DNA of 64,000 nt, from contig CAZYRN010000001.1 in NCBI GenBank assembly GCA_964650185.1, positions 46,284 to 110,283 of the forward strand. The letters are read 5' to 3'. Origin of the DNA: an uncultured Pseudomonadales bacterium. Lineage in GTDB: Bacteria > Patescibacteriota > Microgenomatia > UBA1400 > PJMF01. The notes beneath the pieces were generated by a model, which saw nothing but the letters and a program-made list of their open reading frames with translations, made no database searches and was not told the origin of the DNA. Of this stretch, positions 48,447 through 58,101 are shown in pieces (within the stretch, counting starts at the first letter, position 1; each line of letters opens with the position of its first letter). The position numbers were made by a program, and so were the translations under genes.

Positions 48447-48818
48447 CTACGAGGTAACCTCTAGATTATCGACCACTTCTTCTAAGTCATCGAGTTCTTC
48501 ATCGATATCTGAGACTCGTTCTTGAAGGGCGGTGTTGATGTCAGTGACGGCTTCCTCCAGATCAGTCACTCGCTCCTGCAAAGCGACATTGATATCGGTA
48601 ATCGCTCCTTCTAAAGAGTTGATTCTTTCAACTACAGCATCAAACATTTCTTCCACGTCATCTTTATAATCAGCCAACCCTTGTGTTAAATTTGCCAAGC
48701 GCTCATCAATTTCATTTTGCTTAGCGATAATAAGATTAATAATCTTGACCAGCTCTTCATTATCAATCTTGCGCTGATCACTTAAAACGATATCAAATTC
48801 TTCAATCGGAAAGACCAT
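48447..48818 (-). CDS. Coiled-coil protein built from 18-aa repeats (hypothetical)
   Basis: 123 aa. Repeating ITDINxALQERVxD(L/I)EEAV units encoded by imperfect 54-nt tandem DNA repeats. Highly acidic. Confidence 0.4.
   Translation of the reverse strand: MVFPIEEFDIVLSDQRKIDNEELVKIINLIIAKQNEIDERLANLTQGLADYKDDVEEMFDAVVERINSLEGAITDINVALQERVTDLEEAVTDINTALQERVSDIDEELDDLEEVVDNLEVTS
48511..48618. repeat. Two imperfect 54-nt tandem repeats inside the coiled-coil gene
   Basis: Units 48511-48564 and 48565-48618 are about 70% identical and in frame (an 18-aa period). Confidence 0.5.
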
Positions 48819-48899
48819 GTTAATATCTTACGATGGCACACTCACAAAGTTGCTATGAATAAGGTAAGAGTTGGGTAATGAGAAAATGAGCTACAAATG

Positions 48900-49478
48900 T
48901 TATCGCAGTGGGACAGCAATCACTACAGTCGCCTGTTTTTGCAGCAGATCTAAAGTATAGAGAATAATCTCTTCGCGCTCGACTGACATGACAGCGCCGA
49001 GCTGTTCAGCACTGATGTATCTGGTTTCCACAACAGTGTAGCGATACCAACCGCCATTACTGGCTAATACATAGACCTCATGACCAAGTTTAGCCTGACT
49101 TAAATTTTGCAAGCTAAAATCACGATTCACACCTTGAATCACGACTGGCAGACCTCGGCCAATGCCAGTAGCTCCAGCAACTTGTCTAGCAGGCATATCT
49201 AAATTAAAGCCACTCAGCCAACTATTCTTATTTTTTTCCACCACCGTATCAATGCCAATTTCAGGGATTCTAACTCTGGTTACTTCAAGTCGGCGATCAA
49301 CAAATATGGTTTCGGTCTCTGGTGAAGCGAATGTTTGAACGGGATATTGATGAATGGTTAAACCCATTCCCACCCCTAAACCTAGACCCATCACCAACAC
49401 TAAATAAAATTTATTTCCAAAAATAACTTCAAGAGGTTTAGTGGCACTGATAAATAAGCGATAAAATGTGTTAAGCAT
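48900..49478 (-). CDS. Membrane-anchored protein with sortase-like beta-barrel pattern but without the canonical His/Cys/Arg triad (hypothetical)
   Basis: N-terminal TM. The C-terminal pattern VVIQGVNRDFSLQNL..KLGHEVYV...YRYTVVETRYI...EEIILYTLDLL..ATVVIAVPLR aligns to the SrtA beta4-beta8 signature elements. Val/Asn, Asp and Gln sit at the catalytic positions. Confidence 0.3.
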   Translation of the reverse strand: MLNTFYRLFISATKPLEVIFGNKFYLVLVMGLGLGVGMGLTIHQYPVQTFASPETETIFVDRRLEVTRVRIPEIGIDTVVEKNKNSWLSGFNLDMPARQVAGATGIGRGLPVVIQGVNRDFSLQNLSQAKLGHEVYVLASNGGWYRYTVVETRYISAEQLGAVMSVEREEIILYTLDLLQKQATVVIAVPLR

Positions 49479-49538
49479 GATTTACTACATCACATTATAT
49501 CAGATACTAGCTTTACTGCGACTGATACAATAAAGTCA

Positions 49539-50741
49539 ATGAAAAAGTATGTAACTATTGCCACTTTGCTTTCAGCACTAGTGACTCTGCCAATTGGTTG
49601 GTTGTTAGGCGCTAGATTCGGCTGGCCACTGCTTGAACAAAGTCAGCTGCTGTCACCGCTGCTGGATCCGGTCGAACCGGCGATTAAAGAGTATCCATTA
49701 GCTAAATTTAGTATTGGCGCTTTAGCCCAGTACCCCTACTCCTCGAGTAATATTGAAATTGAAGAAATCTTGGTTGAAGAGGATGACTACACTAGCTATT
49801 TATTTTCTTATCAAACGATGGGGAAAAAAATGACTGGTCAGGTTAACGTTCCGAGCCAGCCAGCTCCAGCGAGTGGTTTTCCTACAATCTTGATGTTGCG
49901 CGGCTGGGCTCCCCAAGCCAGCTATCGCACCGGAGTTGGCACCAGCCCAGCCGCCGCCGTGTTAGCACGAGCAGGTTTCGTCACCATCGCTCCTGATTTT
50001 TTCGGCTACGGCAGCAGTGATCCTGAATTTGACGATGCTTGGCTAGCTAGATTTCAAAAACCAATTCAGGTGATTGAACTGCTTAAATCAGTTGAGGCTC
50101 AACCCCAGCTCGCTTTGCCCGCCACAACTTCTACTACAGTCTCCAGTGCCACAGTCTCAGACACCTCCACACTTTCATCAATTAAACTTAACACAAACAG
50201 CCTCGGCTTTTGGGCACACAGTAATGGCGGCCAAATTGCCCTAACTGTCTTAGAAGTACTGCAGCGGCCTATTCCCACTACCCTGTGGGCACCTGTCACT
50301 GCTCCTTTTCCCTACTCGATTCTCTACTTTTCTGATGAGGAACCTGACGAGGGTAAATCGATGAGAAAAAATCTTTCTCTTTTCGAGACAGATTATGATG
50401 TCTTTGATTTTAGCTTAACTCAGCATCTCAACTTACTAATGGGACCGATTCAGCTTCATCAAGGTACAGCTGATGAGGCCGTGCCGGTGGTGTGGAGTAA
50501 TGAGTTTGTCGATAAGATTAAAGCGGAAAATATTAGACGCAAGAGTTTGCAAGAGGCAGCTACAGCAGATCAGCTTAATTCGACCCAAGCCGCTGAGAAT
50601 GAAGAGCTCAATCCTTTACTTCCTGAAATTGACTTGACCTATCACGTCTATCCAGGTTCAGACCACAATCTCCGACCAGCCTGGGATACGGTCGTGCAAA
50701 GAGACCTGCAATTCTTCCAAGAACAGTTTGAGTTAGATTAA
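49539..50741 (+). CDS. Alpha/beta-hydrolase fold protein (S9/dienelactone-hydrolase-like), membrane anchored
   Basis: N-terminal TM. The nucleophile elbow GFWAHSNGGQ is followed by D and H in the C-terminal third (GTADEAVP ... GSDHNL). A Ser/Thr-rich insert lies between. Confidence 0.55.
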   Translation: MKKYVTIATLLSALVTLPIGWLLGARFGWPLLEQSQLLSPLLDPVEPAIKEYPLAKFSIGALAQYPYSSSNIEIEEILVEEDDYTSYLFSYQTMGKKMTGQVNVPSQPAPASGFPTILMLRGWAPQASYRTGVGTSPAAAVLARAGFVTIAPDFFGYGSSDPEFDDAWLARFQKPIQVIELLKSVEAQPQLALPATTSTTVSSATVSDTSTLSSIKLNTNSLGFWAHSNGGQIALTVLEVLQRPIPTTLWAPVTAPFPYSILYFSDEEPDEGKSMRKNLSLFETDYDVFDFSLTQHLNLLMGPIQLHQGTADEAVPVVWSNEFVDKIKAENIRRKSLQEAATADQLNSTQAAENEELNPLLPEIDLTYHVYPGSDHNLRPAWDTVVQRDLQFFQEQFELD

Positions 50742-50755
50742 CCGATAATTAAAAT

Positions 50756-51886
50756 TTACTCTTCAATGTCAGCTTCCACTAACGGCAGTTGATCAGGATC
50801 TGATAGCTCCTGACCATGAAAACTTTCTACTTCCTCAACTCGGCGATCCATCTGCCTAAATCTAGTACTAGTTAAATCATCATAAGCACGCTTCAGCGTA
50901 TCTATTGATCGGCCATATTTTTCAAATTGATCTTTAAATTTCACCCACTCTTGAGTGAAAGCATTGACTTGCACCACTACTTCTCGCAGTTTATCTTCTA
51001 GCATGAAGTTGCGGTAGCTTTCCCGAACTGTACCAGCCACTATCAGGAAAGTGAACGGCGACACAATCATGACTCTTCTTTCCAGCGCCTCATCTACTAT
51101 TTCCGGCATATGCTGGTTTATAAATGAAAAGACCATCTCATTTGGTACAAACATGATGGCATAATCAAGTGTATTTTTATCTGGCCGAATATACTCAGCC
51201 ACTTTAGTAACTTTGATTTTCAGATCTTTTCTAAACTGTTTAACATGAATCTCTTTACCTGCCTTGGTGTCTGCTTCTGTCATCTTTTGAATTTCTGCAT
51301 AAGGAAACTTAACGTCAACCGGCACCTGGCGTTTATTTGGCAGAAGCAAGGTAATATCTGGTTTGAGATTAGTGTTGCCAATAAAACTCTGCCGCAGATA
51401 GTGAGTGCCCTCAACTAAGCCATGTGAGCTTAACAAGTCTTCAATGATCCGCTCACCCCAGGCACCCCGCGTTTGATTGTTCGAGAGCACTTTCGCCAAT
51501 TGAGTCGTCGAAGTCTCCAGCTCCTTAGTCAACTTCCGATGCTCCTCCAATTGACTAGTCAACTCCCCAAAGGACTTATTTCTATTTAGCTCTATTTTAT
51601 GAATCTCTTCTTGGCGCTGCTTCATATCGTCTTGCAGCTGTTTAACCAGATTTTCAATGGTACGCTGTTTGTTTTCTAAATCTACCTTGATTGCTTCTTT
51701 CTCACTATCTAAAACTTGCTTGCTTTGCTCAACTATTTTATTAGTGCTTAAACTAAAAACTTTATGCACCATATTCTCAACTTGCTCATCATTTCCGCCC
51801 GCAGTCAGTTTCCGCTGTAGAAAAATAAATAAGCTGACAAACCCCAGCACAATCACGCCCAAAATTAAAATAAGATCAATTGACAT
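50756..51886 (-). CDS. rmuC: DNA recombination protein RmuC
   Basis: N-terminal TM plus coiled coil. C-terminal PDITLLLPNKRQVPVDVKFPYAEIQ...DYAIMFVPNEMVFSFI matches the RmuC nuclease-like domain. Start taken at ATG 51886 (the track's first codon is TTG at 51937). Confidence 0.7.
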   Translation of the reverse strand: MSIDLILILGVIVLGFVSLFIFLQRKLTAGGNDEQVENMVHKVFSLSTNKIVEQSKQVLDSEKEAIKVDLENKQRTIENLVKQLQDDMKQRQEEIHKIELNRNKSFGELTSQLEEHRKLTKELETSTTQLAKVLSNNQTRGAWGERIIEDLLSSHGLVEGTHYLRQSFIGNTNLKPDITLLLPNKRQVPVDVKFPYAEIQKMTEADTKAGKEIHVKQFRKDLKIKVTKVAEYIRPDKNTLDYAIMFVPNEMVFSFINQHMPEIVDEALERRVMIVSPFTFLIVAGTVRESYRNFMLEDKLREVVVQVNAFTQEWVKFKDQFEKYGRSIDTLKRAYDDLTSTRFRQMDRRVEEVESFHGQELSDPDQLPLVEADIEE

Positions 51887-51931
51887 AACTAGAGTATACT
51901 GTAGATAGCAAATTGATTCATCTCTCGTTGT

Positions 51932-52414
51932 ATGCAAAAGGCAAGATCCAGGCTAAAAAAATCACCAGCAGTTAGGAGTGAGTCAAATTCTCCTGAATTT
52001 CTCTCAAGAAAAGCTGTTAAACCACCCAAAATCAGGCGATCTCCAGCCGTCCCTAGTCCAACTATTCAGCGTTACCTCCGTCATCTGCCAATTTTATTTT
52101 TTTCGCTATTTTTTTACGGATCACTGTTTTTTTTAACCAAAAATTACTATCCCGACGCCATCAGGCATTTTATTTTGCCAAATACTTACCTGCCATTTCA
52201 GTTACTGCTGTTCCTAGCCAACTGGAGTTTATTTAGTTTCATTTTCTTACACACAAGACGAGGTTTTTTGATTAGTCTAATTTTACAGATGCTGATCTTT
52301 TTGAAATTACAACAAATCAGCGTCACACCAGTCTTAGTGCTGAGCATAGTTGGCGGAATAACAATCTTAGAAGTTCTGCTCTCACTCTCGAAACGTCTGG
52401 TGCACTCGAAATAA
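51932..52414 (+). CDS. Hypothetical membrane protein with basic N-terminal tail
   Basis: 160 aa. RK/P-rich N-terminus, then 4 TM helices. Divergent from rmuC. Confidence 0.3.
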   Translation: MQKARSRLKKSPAVRSESNSPEFLSRKAVKPPKIRRSPAVPSPTIQRYLRHLPILFFSLFFYGSLFFLTKNYYPDAIRHFILPNTYLPFQLLLFLANWSLFSFIFLHTRRGFLISLILQMLIFLKLQQISVTPVLVLSIVGGITILEVLLSLSKRLVHSK

Positions 52415-52447
52415 TTTTTGTTATAATTGGAGATATCTTGATATCTT

Positions 52448-52843
52448 TTGTTCCCCTATTTCATGCAAACATCTTCTAAATCACTTACCGAAAATCAACA
52501 GCAAGATCTTGTGAAACGGTTTTTGATTTTATTGAGTGATATTCGCCGCCCTGAGGAGGCTGCCGCTTTTTTTTATACTTTTTTAACTAATACCGAACAA
52601 CAGGTTTTTGTCAAAAGACTAGCTATTGTCTGGATGCTCAGTGAAGGCAAATCGTATGAAGAAATTCGCCAAGCTCTCCATGTCTCCAGCGCCACAATTT
52701 CTTCGGTCGCTCAGCAAAAAGATGATCAAGGCATGCAGTTGTTAATTAAAAAGATGAGGATTGATGACTGGGCTGATAAATGGGCTGAGAAAATTAGTCA
52801 GGTATTACCATTTACTAAGAAAGTTGGCGAAAGTGGCAGCTAA
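52448..52843 (+). CDS. TrpR-like DNA-binding protein (YerC/YecD family)
   Basis: VFVKRLAIVWMLSEGKSYEEIRQALHVSSATISSVAQ matches the HTH of the Trp-repressor-related YerC/YecD family. 131 aa. Confidence 0.55.
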   Translation: MFPYFMQTSSKSLTENQQQDLVKRFLILLSDIRRPEEAAAFFYTFLTNTEQQVFVKRLAIVWMLSEGKSYEEIRQALHVSSATISSVAQQKDDQGMQLLIKKMRIDDWADKWAEKISQVLPFTKKVGESGS

Positions 52844-53237
52844 GAATGAGATTAGTTTCGGTTTAACCTATGTTCCTGAGAGGTTTTCAGGTGAAAATAA
52901 AGCTTTAGGCAGTCTTGTAGCTGCCTTAATTGTGATTAATAAACAGCTTGTAGATATAGTAGACCAAGTCTACCTAGATAGATTTCCCCAGCAGGATCAA
53001 ACTTCTCAAAAGCTTTTTTCAGATTTACAGGCAAGAGAAACGATCATATTCAATCTGGGACAACTTTCACCCGAAGAAATAGCAAGAGTACTAGATGTCA
53101 TTGAAAAACAATTGACTTTTTATAATTTTGCCGTTGAAATATTAACTCTCGGTGCAAATAGAGATCTAGATTGGCCAGAGCCAGTTGAACTTGAATCAAC
53201 TCAATTCGTGCAGGTAAATGTTGGCTTTGCTGATTAG
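52826..53237 (+). CDS. Hypothetical protein (start uncertain; overlaps the TrpR-like gene in +1 frame)
   Basis: The open frame begins inside the upstream gene. The first plausible start is GTG at about 52826. No recognisable motif. Confidence 0.25.
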
Positions 53238-53248
53238 AACATCAAGCT

Positions 53249-56200
53249 TTAACCCACCTCTTCAATGAAAGCATAGCTATAAGCCTTGACCAAGATAAGC
53301 AAGGCGATAGCAGCTGGAATATACCAGTCAGCCACTAGTCTTAACATCGTACCAGCTTGATACTGGCTGGGGTTAATCAACAACACAGCCAGCGCAATTA
53401 CAACTAGGGTCACAATGATGGATAACAGATGCTTGAGCAAGCCTGGCTCACGTTTTAAGACATTCTCAATGAGGAGTAACAACAGAAGCTGAATTGCTAA
53501 AAGTACCCAAGGCAACCGCTGCTGCAGCCAATTATTCAGCTCTTGAGTAGTTCCTAATACCTCACCATTGTCTTCTCCATCAGCTGCAGCCATAACCGCT
53601 TCATCTGTCGAGACACCCTGCACTTCTCCAGCGGGAGCAAAGTCAGTCGCAGGCGCTCCCGGCTCAACACCAGCTGCTCCTGCAATTTGCCCTGTATTGA
53701 CTTCATTGGAGTTGTCACTCTGATTATGAGCCGCATCCATGGCTCGAACGACAAAGTAATAGCTGCCAGCACCTAAACCTTGCACTTCATACTCAGTCAC
53801 TTGACCAACATTAGCTCCGTAAATATGCTCACCAGAGGTGGTGCCATAAAATATCAGGTAGTTAGCGGCGTCCTCAATCTCAGTCCAGCCAAGGAACGCA
53901 GAGCCTTCACCTGTGGAAATTAAAGTCACTGTTGGCGCAGCTGGAGCTGATCGATCAACAATTAGCTCCTTACTGGCAGATTTGGAATTGCCGACTGCAT
54001 CAAAAGCAGTTACCTTGACCTGCCAAGTGCCCTCAGTCAATTGGTCAATCTCAGTTGAGAAAGTTGTTGAGTTGACGGTCTTACTGTGACGAGTATCACT
54101 GTCATTGAGCCTCCACTCAATCTGATACTTATCAACATTGACATTGTCATGAGCCTTACCCCAACTCACCTCAGCAGTAGTGCCACTGGTAGGATTGGGA
54201 TTAACTTTAATACTTTGCGGACCTTCATCAAGGCCTGTCTCATCCCAACGAACACTCTTAATACCCTCTTCAGTAGCAGAGAAGTTGTTGGCTTTGTCAA
54301 AAGCACTGTAGTAGAGCACATGACTGCCCTCACTTGGGACTTGAGTAGAGACTGTTTTTTCAGCCACAGATTCCCAACTGCCGTCGTCCCATTTGTATTG
54401 GAGCGAATCAAAGTTTTCATCGGTGACTGTTAAAGTAATAGTAGGCCGAGTTACATACCAGCTGTTTTTGCCATCAGGAGCAGCGGGATTTATGGTCAAC
54501 TCCACTTCAGGAATGGTTTTATCAACAATAATTGTCAGTTGATGAGTCGACTCAACATTGCCCGCCACATCCTCAGCATGAGAACGAATGACGTAGGTAA
54601 CGCCATCCTTGACATGTTCTGCGGGCAAACTGTACTGCCAGTCAACATTTTTAGCTGGAGCATCAGTCGGATTAAGAGGAAATTTTACCTCATCACCTGA
54701 ACCTGCTATCCAAGCAGAGCCATCCCAGTAGTAATTATCACTGCCCGCAGTTCTTTGAATTGAAAGTTGAACATTCGCTACACCCTCATTGTCGGTAGCG
54801 GTACCAGTCAGCTCACCGTTCCAAAGATTATTAAAGGCTGTGATTTCAGATCCTTCAGATTCTGAAACAATCTCAGATGAGCCTTCAGGAAGATTGATCA
54901 AGCTGGAGGGGTGGGCGTTGTCGATGATAACTTTGACAGTTTTTACTGAAACTGCACTCTTCTTATTATTAGCTTTGTCTCTAGCTTCTAATCTGATAGT
55001 GTACTCACCGTCTGGATCATTGTTGGTTAGCCAAGTGTAATTAATTTCTGCATCTGGACCATTATGATAAATAGTGCCTGGACCAGCCACTACTTTTCCT
55101 TGATCATTCAAAATTACTAAATAGTAGCGCCATAAATTGGAATCACTAACATCAGCAGTAATAAATACCTCACCTGCTACAAAACCACCTTCCGCTGGAG
55201 AAGTAATACTTACTTCAGGAGCTAAAGTATCAATAATAACCTCCTTCTCAAGGATATTTGATTTATTGCCGGCGTTGTCGATGGCTTGAACTCGAATCAA
55301 ATACTCTCCATCTGCCAACTCTGCAGGTGAGAATGAGAAAGCTCCTTCATTATAGTTAGCTGGAGTCCAATCTCTGAGGATGATGCCTGATTGATCTTTA
55401 ATTTGGTAATTAACTTGGTCAATGCCAGCCAAATAAATATCGTTAGCTTTTCCTGTCAGGTTGGGGGTGGAATCATTGGTAATCAGATCTTGATCATTAT
55501 CCCAAGAGATGACCGGTGCATCATTATCAATAGTTAATTCATAACTTTCACTCCAGGAGCTCCAGTTGCCAGCAGCATCTCTCGCTCTGACTCGCCACCA
55601 GAAGTGAATGCTGGCTTGCCTATCAACTCCCTTTTCCACACCTTTTTGAAATCTTTCATGTATTATTCGAGAACAAATTTCACCTTCATCTCCAGGGTCA
55701 ACTGCACAACTTTGATACTGATATTCAACTGCATCATCTTCCTCAGTCCATTCCTGAATTATTAAGGGAGTTTTATTATGACTTAGCACTTTTTGGTCTC
55801 CTGGGCTGATTAGCTCAGGTGCATCTGGCGCTTGGGTATCAACAGTGACATTCCAAATCTCACTCCATGCACTTTTATTACCGACTTCGTCAACAGATCT
55901 AACCTGCCAATACCAAGTACCATCTGGTGTTCCATTGGCATTTTGTTTGGGGGAAGTTAAACCAGACTTAGTATATTGAACATGGGTTAACACTCCATCT
56001 ACCTCAGCTGGATTTTTGGTTGAATGATAATCATAGGTTATCCCTGTTTCACCATTACTAACATCATTCCATTCTAAGTTAAATATGTTTGTGTTTAGTA
56101 ATTCTTCATGATGAGTGCCGCCAGTTGGGACATTAGGAGCTTTGTTGTCAATTAGGTACTTTTTTGGTTTGGATGATCTATTGTTATTCGCTAAATCTCT

Positions 56201-58027
56201 AAACCTAAATTTAAGATTGTAGGTACCCAAATATCCTTCTCTAACAAAATCTCTAGTATTAACAACTGCCTGATAACTATTGTTTGCTGTATTCACACAC
56301 TTATAACTCCCTGACTCTTGCACAGTATATGGAGATTCGAAATCATTATTATCAACAAACTTTACATAACAGTATCCCTCATCAAAGCCAGTGCCTGCTT
56401 CAATTACATCAAATGTAACAATAACCTCACCAGCAATTTTTCCGCTTACTTCAGGATTCACCTTGATGTTGGTAATCACAGGAGGTGTACGATCGATAGT
56501 GAAATAGTGATCGCCACCATTGGCTTTGTTTTCTGATAAATCCCATCCTCTTATACCTAAAACATATTCTCCATCTCCTAAGTTACTTATGTCAAACCAA
56601 TGTGAAACTTCTTCACTAAGTTCATCATAATTACCATCCGCAGCAGGTATAGTGGTCCAGTTGTAAAATACTTTAGATTTATCTTTATTCCAAAGTGCGA
56701 ATTTCACTGATTCAATTCTTGATTGATTATCAGTAATTTGACCATCGATGTTAAATCCATTACTTTTAGAATTTATAATATCTTTACTAATTCGAAAATT
56801 ATTCATTTGGGGACTAGTTTTATCAAGAGAAAATTTGGTCCAGTCAAAAAGATAGTCACTTTCAGGACTGGCACTCATTCTAACCTCAACATAATCAGTT
56901 ACAGTGAAAGTTTTCTCTGTGACTCCGGTTGAGTTTAATGAAACTGTTTTGGGTGCTCCTCCATCAATTCTGGCTTGATACTTAATTGAGCCAAATGTTT
57001 GTTTATCAAAACTTAGGGTAATTTCTCCATTTGGTGATGATTTAATGAAGTTTACGTGGGGCCATTTATTGGCACGATTGACATCATTTGTGCTATATTT
57101 TTTTACATCAAATCTAGTCCAATCAAATCTTTCATCCGACTCTGCTCCGTAAACCATCCGGATTTCAATATATTCATTTGCATGGATGGTCTTACTAACA
57201 TTACTATTGTTTACGCACACGCTTGGGTATTCACCATCATCAATGAATATATTCTCATTTACTTGTTTAACTTTCTGACTGGTATCTCCGTCAATCCTAT
57301 ATTCAAAACAACTAGCAAAAGATCTTGTACTTACAAATTCAAAAGTTATTCTGCCCGGTAACTTTGCCTGCTTAACATTTACATGTGCCCAACCCTTATC
57401 TCTATTGACATCATTTGTGCTTGGTGTGGCATTAACACTCATTAGTGAAAAGGCTGATTCAAACGTACTCATCATCCTTCCCAGCACCGAAGGACTATCA
57501 ATCTCGGCTATCTCATTACTTAAAATCTCAGCTTCAGCATCACCTTCCACCCACCCCAACTCATCCTCACTCAACCCCATCTCATCGCTATCATGCTTTT
57601 CCACTAACCCAACTTCTTCCTCAATCAACTCAAATTTCAGAGCGGTAATTTTGTCTCCATCTCGCACCTTCAACACCCCTCGGCTTGCTTCATCCGCTGT
57701 GCAAATTCCATCAGAACATGTTCCAAAATAAATTGAGTGATCCTCAGCGGTCAACTTACCCTCAGCAGCCTCAACTTGGCCATCGATCTCATCATAATAG
57801 TAAATTCCAAACGGAAGTTCGGTCTCATCACCAACCTCAACTCTTAACTCATTCTCAGCTACCAAATACTGCAACTCAAATTGAGTCTTAACTTCAAAAT
57901 CAGCTTCCTGAGCGAATACAGGCTGTGTAAGAAAAACTGGCGCAAGGGGAGACAGAATTAATTGCAGAGAAAGCAACATGGCAGCGACCTTATTAAAGGT
58001 TTTTAGCATTGTGCGCCATTTAGACAT
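53249..58027 (-). CDS. Giant cell-surface protein (1592 aa) with signal peptide, repeated beta-sandwich/Ig-like modules, fibronectin type III domains and C-terminal TM anchors
   Basis: Signal peptide MLLSLQLILSPLAPVFLTQPVFAQEA. Repeated NDVNR(D/A)xxW(A/P)HVN modules. FN3-like segments (TPSAPTVTLISTGEGSAFLGWTEIEDAANY…YYFVVRAMDAAHNQS). C-terminus with 2-3 hydrophobic helices. Confidence 0.75.
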   Translation of the reverse strand: MSKWRTMLKTFNKVAAMLLSLQLILSPLAPVFLTQPVFAQEADFEVKTQFELQYLVAENELRVEVGDETELPFGIYYYDEIDGQVEAAEGKLTAEDHSIYFGTCSDGICTADEASRGVLKVRDGDKITALKFELIEEEVGLVEKHDSDEMGLSEDELGWVEGDAEAEILSNEIAEIDSPSVLGRMMSTFESAFSLMSVNATPSTNDVNRDKGWAHVNVKQAKLPGRITFEFVSTRSFASCFEYRIDGDTSQKVKQVNENIFIDDGEYPSVCVNNSNVSKTIHANEYIEIRMVYGAESDERFDWTRFDVKKYSTNDVNRANKWPHVNFIKSSPNGEITLSFDKQTFGSIKYQARIDGGAPKTVSLNSTGVTEKTFTVTDYVEVRMSASPESDYLFDWTKFSLDKTSPQMNNFRISKDIINSKSNGFNIDGQITDNQSRIESVKFALWNKDKSKVFYNWTTIPAADGNYDELSEEVSHWFDISNLGDGEYVLGIRGWDLSENKANGGDHYFTIDRTPPVITNIKVNPEVSGKIAGEVIVTFDVIEAGTGFDEGYCYVKFVDNNDFESPYTVQESGSYKCVNTANNSYQAVVNTRDFVREGYLGTYNLKFRFRDLANNNRSSKPKKYLIDNKAPNVPTGGTHHEELLNTNIFNLEWNDVSNGETGITYDYHSTKNPAEVDGVLTHVQYTKSGLTSPKQNANGTPDGTWYWQVRSVDEVGNKSAWSEIWNVTVDTQAPDAPELISPGDQKVLSHNKTPLIIQEWTEEDDAVEYQYQSCAVDPGDEGEICSRIIHERFQKGVEKGVDRQASIHFWWRVRARDAAGNWSSWSESYELTIDNDAPVISWDNDQDLITNDSTPNLTGKANDIYLAGIDQVNYQIKDQSGIILRDWTPANYNEGAFSFSPAELADGEYLIRVQAIDNAGNKSNILEKEVIIDTLAPEVSITSPAEGGFVAGEVFITADVSDSNLWRYYLVILNDQGKVVAGPGTIYHNGPDAEINYTWLTNNDPDGEYTIRLEARDKANNKKSAVSVKTVKVIIDNAHPSSLINLPEGSSEIVSESEGSEITAFNNLWNGELTGTATDNEGVANVQLSIQRTAGSDNYYWDGSAWIAGSGDEVKFPLNPTDAPAKNVDWQYSLPAEHVKDGVTYVIRSHAEDVAGNVESTHQLTIIVDKTIPEVELTINPAAPDGKNSWYVTRPTITLTVTDENFDSLQYKWDDGSWESVAEKTVSTQVPSEGSHVLYYSAFDKANNFSATEEGIKSVRWDETGLDEGPQSIKVNPNPTSGTTAEVSWGKAHDNVNVDKYQIEWRLNDSDTRHSKTVNSTTFSTEIDQLTEGTWQVKVTAFDAVGNSKSASKELIVDRSAPAAPTVTLISTGEGSAFLGWTEIEDAANYLIFYGTTSGEHIYGANVGQVTEYEVQGLGAGSYYFVVRAMDAAHNQSDNSNEVNTGQIAGAAGVEPGAPATDFAPAGEVQGVSTDEAVMAAADGEDNGEVLGTTQELNNWLQQRLPWVLLAIQLLLLLLIENVLKREPGLLKHLLSIIVTLVVIALAVLLINPSQYQAGTMLRLVADWYIPAAIALLILVKAYSYAFIEEVG

Positions 58028-58057
58028 ATGACCTTTCTCTTAAATTTTCTTGCACGT

Positions 58058-58086
58058 ATATTAACACACTAAATCATACTGTGCAA
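58058..58086 (-). promoter_or_regulatory. Candidate promoter for the giant surface-protein gene (TTGCAC-N17-TAATAT)
   Basis: Hexamers with 17-nt spacing about 30 nt upstream of a GAAAGG RBS and the ATG at 58027. Confidence 0.4.
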
Positions 58087-58101
58087 TGAAAATGCCGCCT
58101 G

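Noticed and set aside
48511-48618. CRISPR-like repeat array
   Set aside because: The repeats are contiguous with no spacers, imperfect, and in frame within a coding region (18-aa protein repeats). No cas genes are nearby.
54086-57891. Nine plus-strand ORFs of 67-115 aa listed by the track inside the giant surface-protein gene
   Set aside because: They are antisense to a long, domain-rich minus-strand CDS, have no RBS or conserved motifs, and are low-complexity Ser/Thr/Leu translations. They are spurious overlaps.
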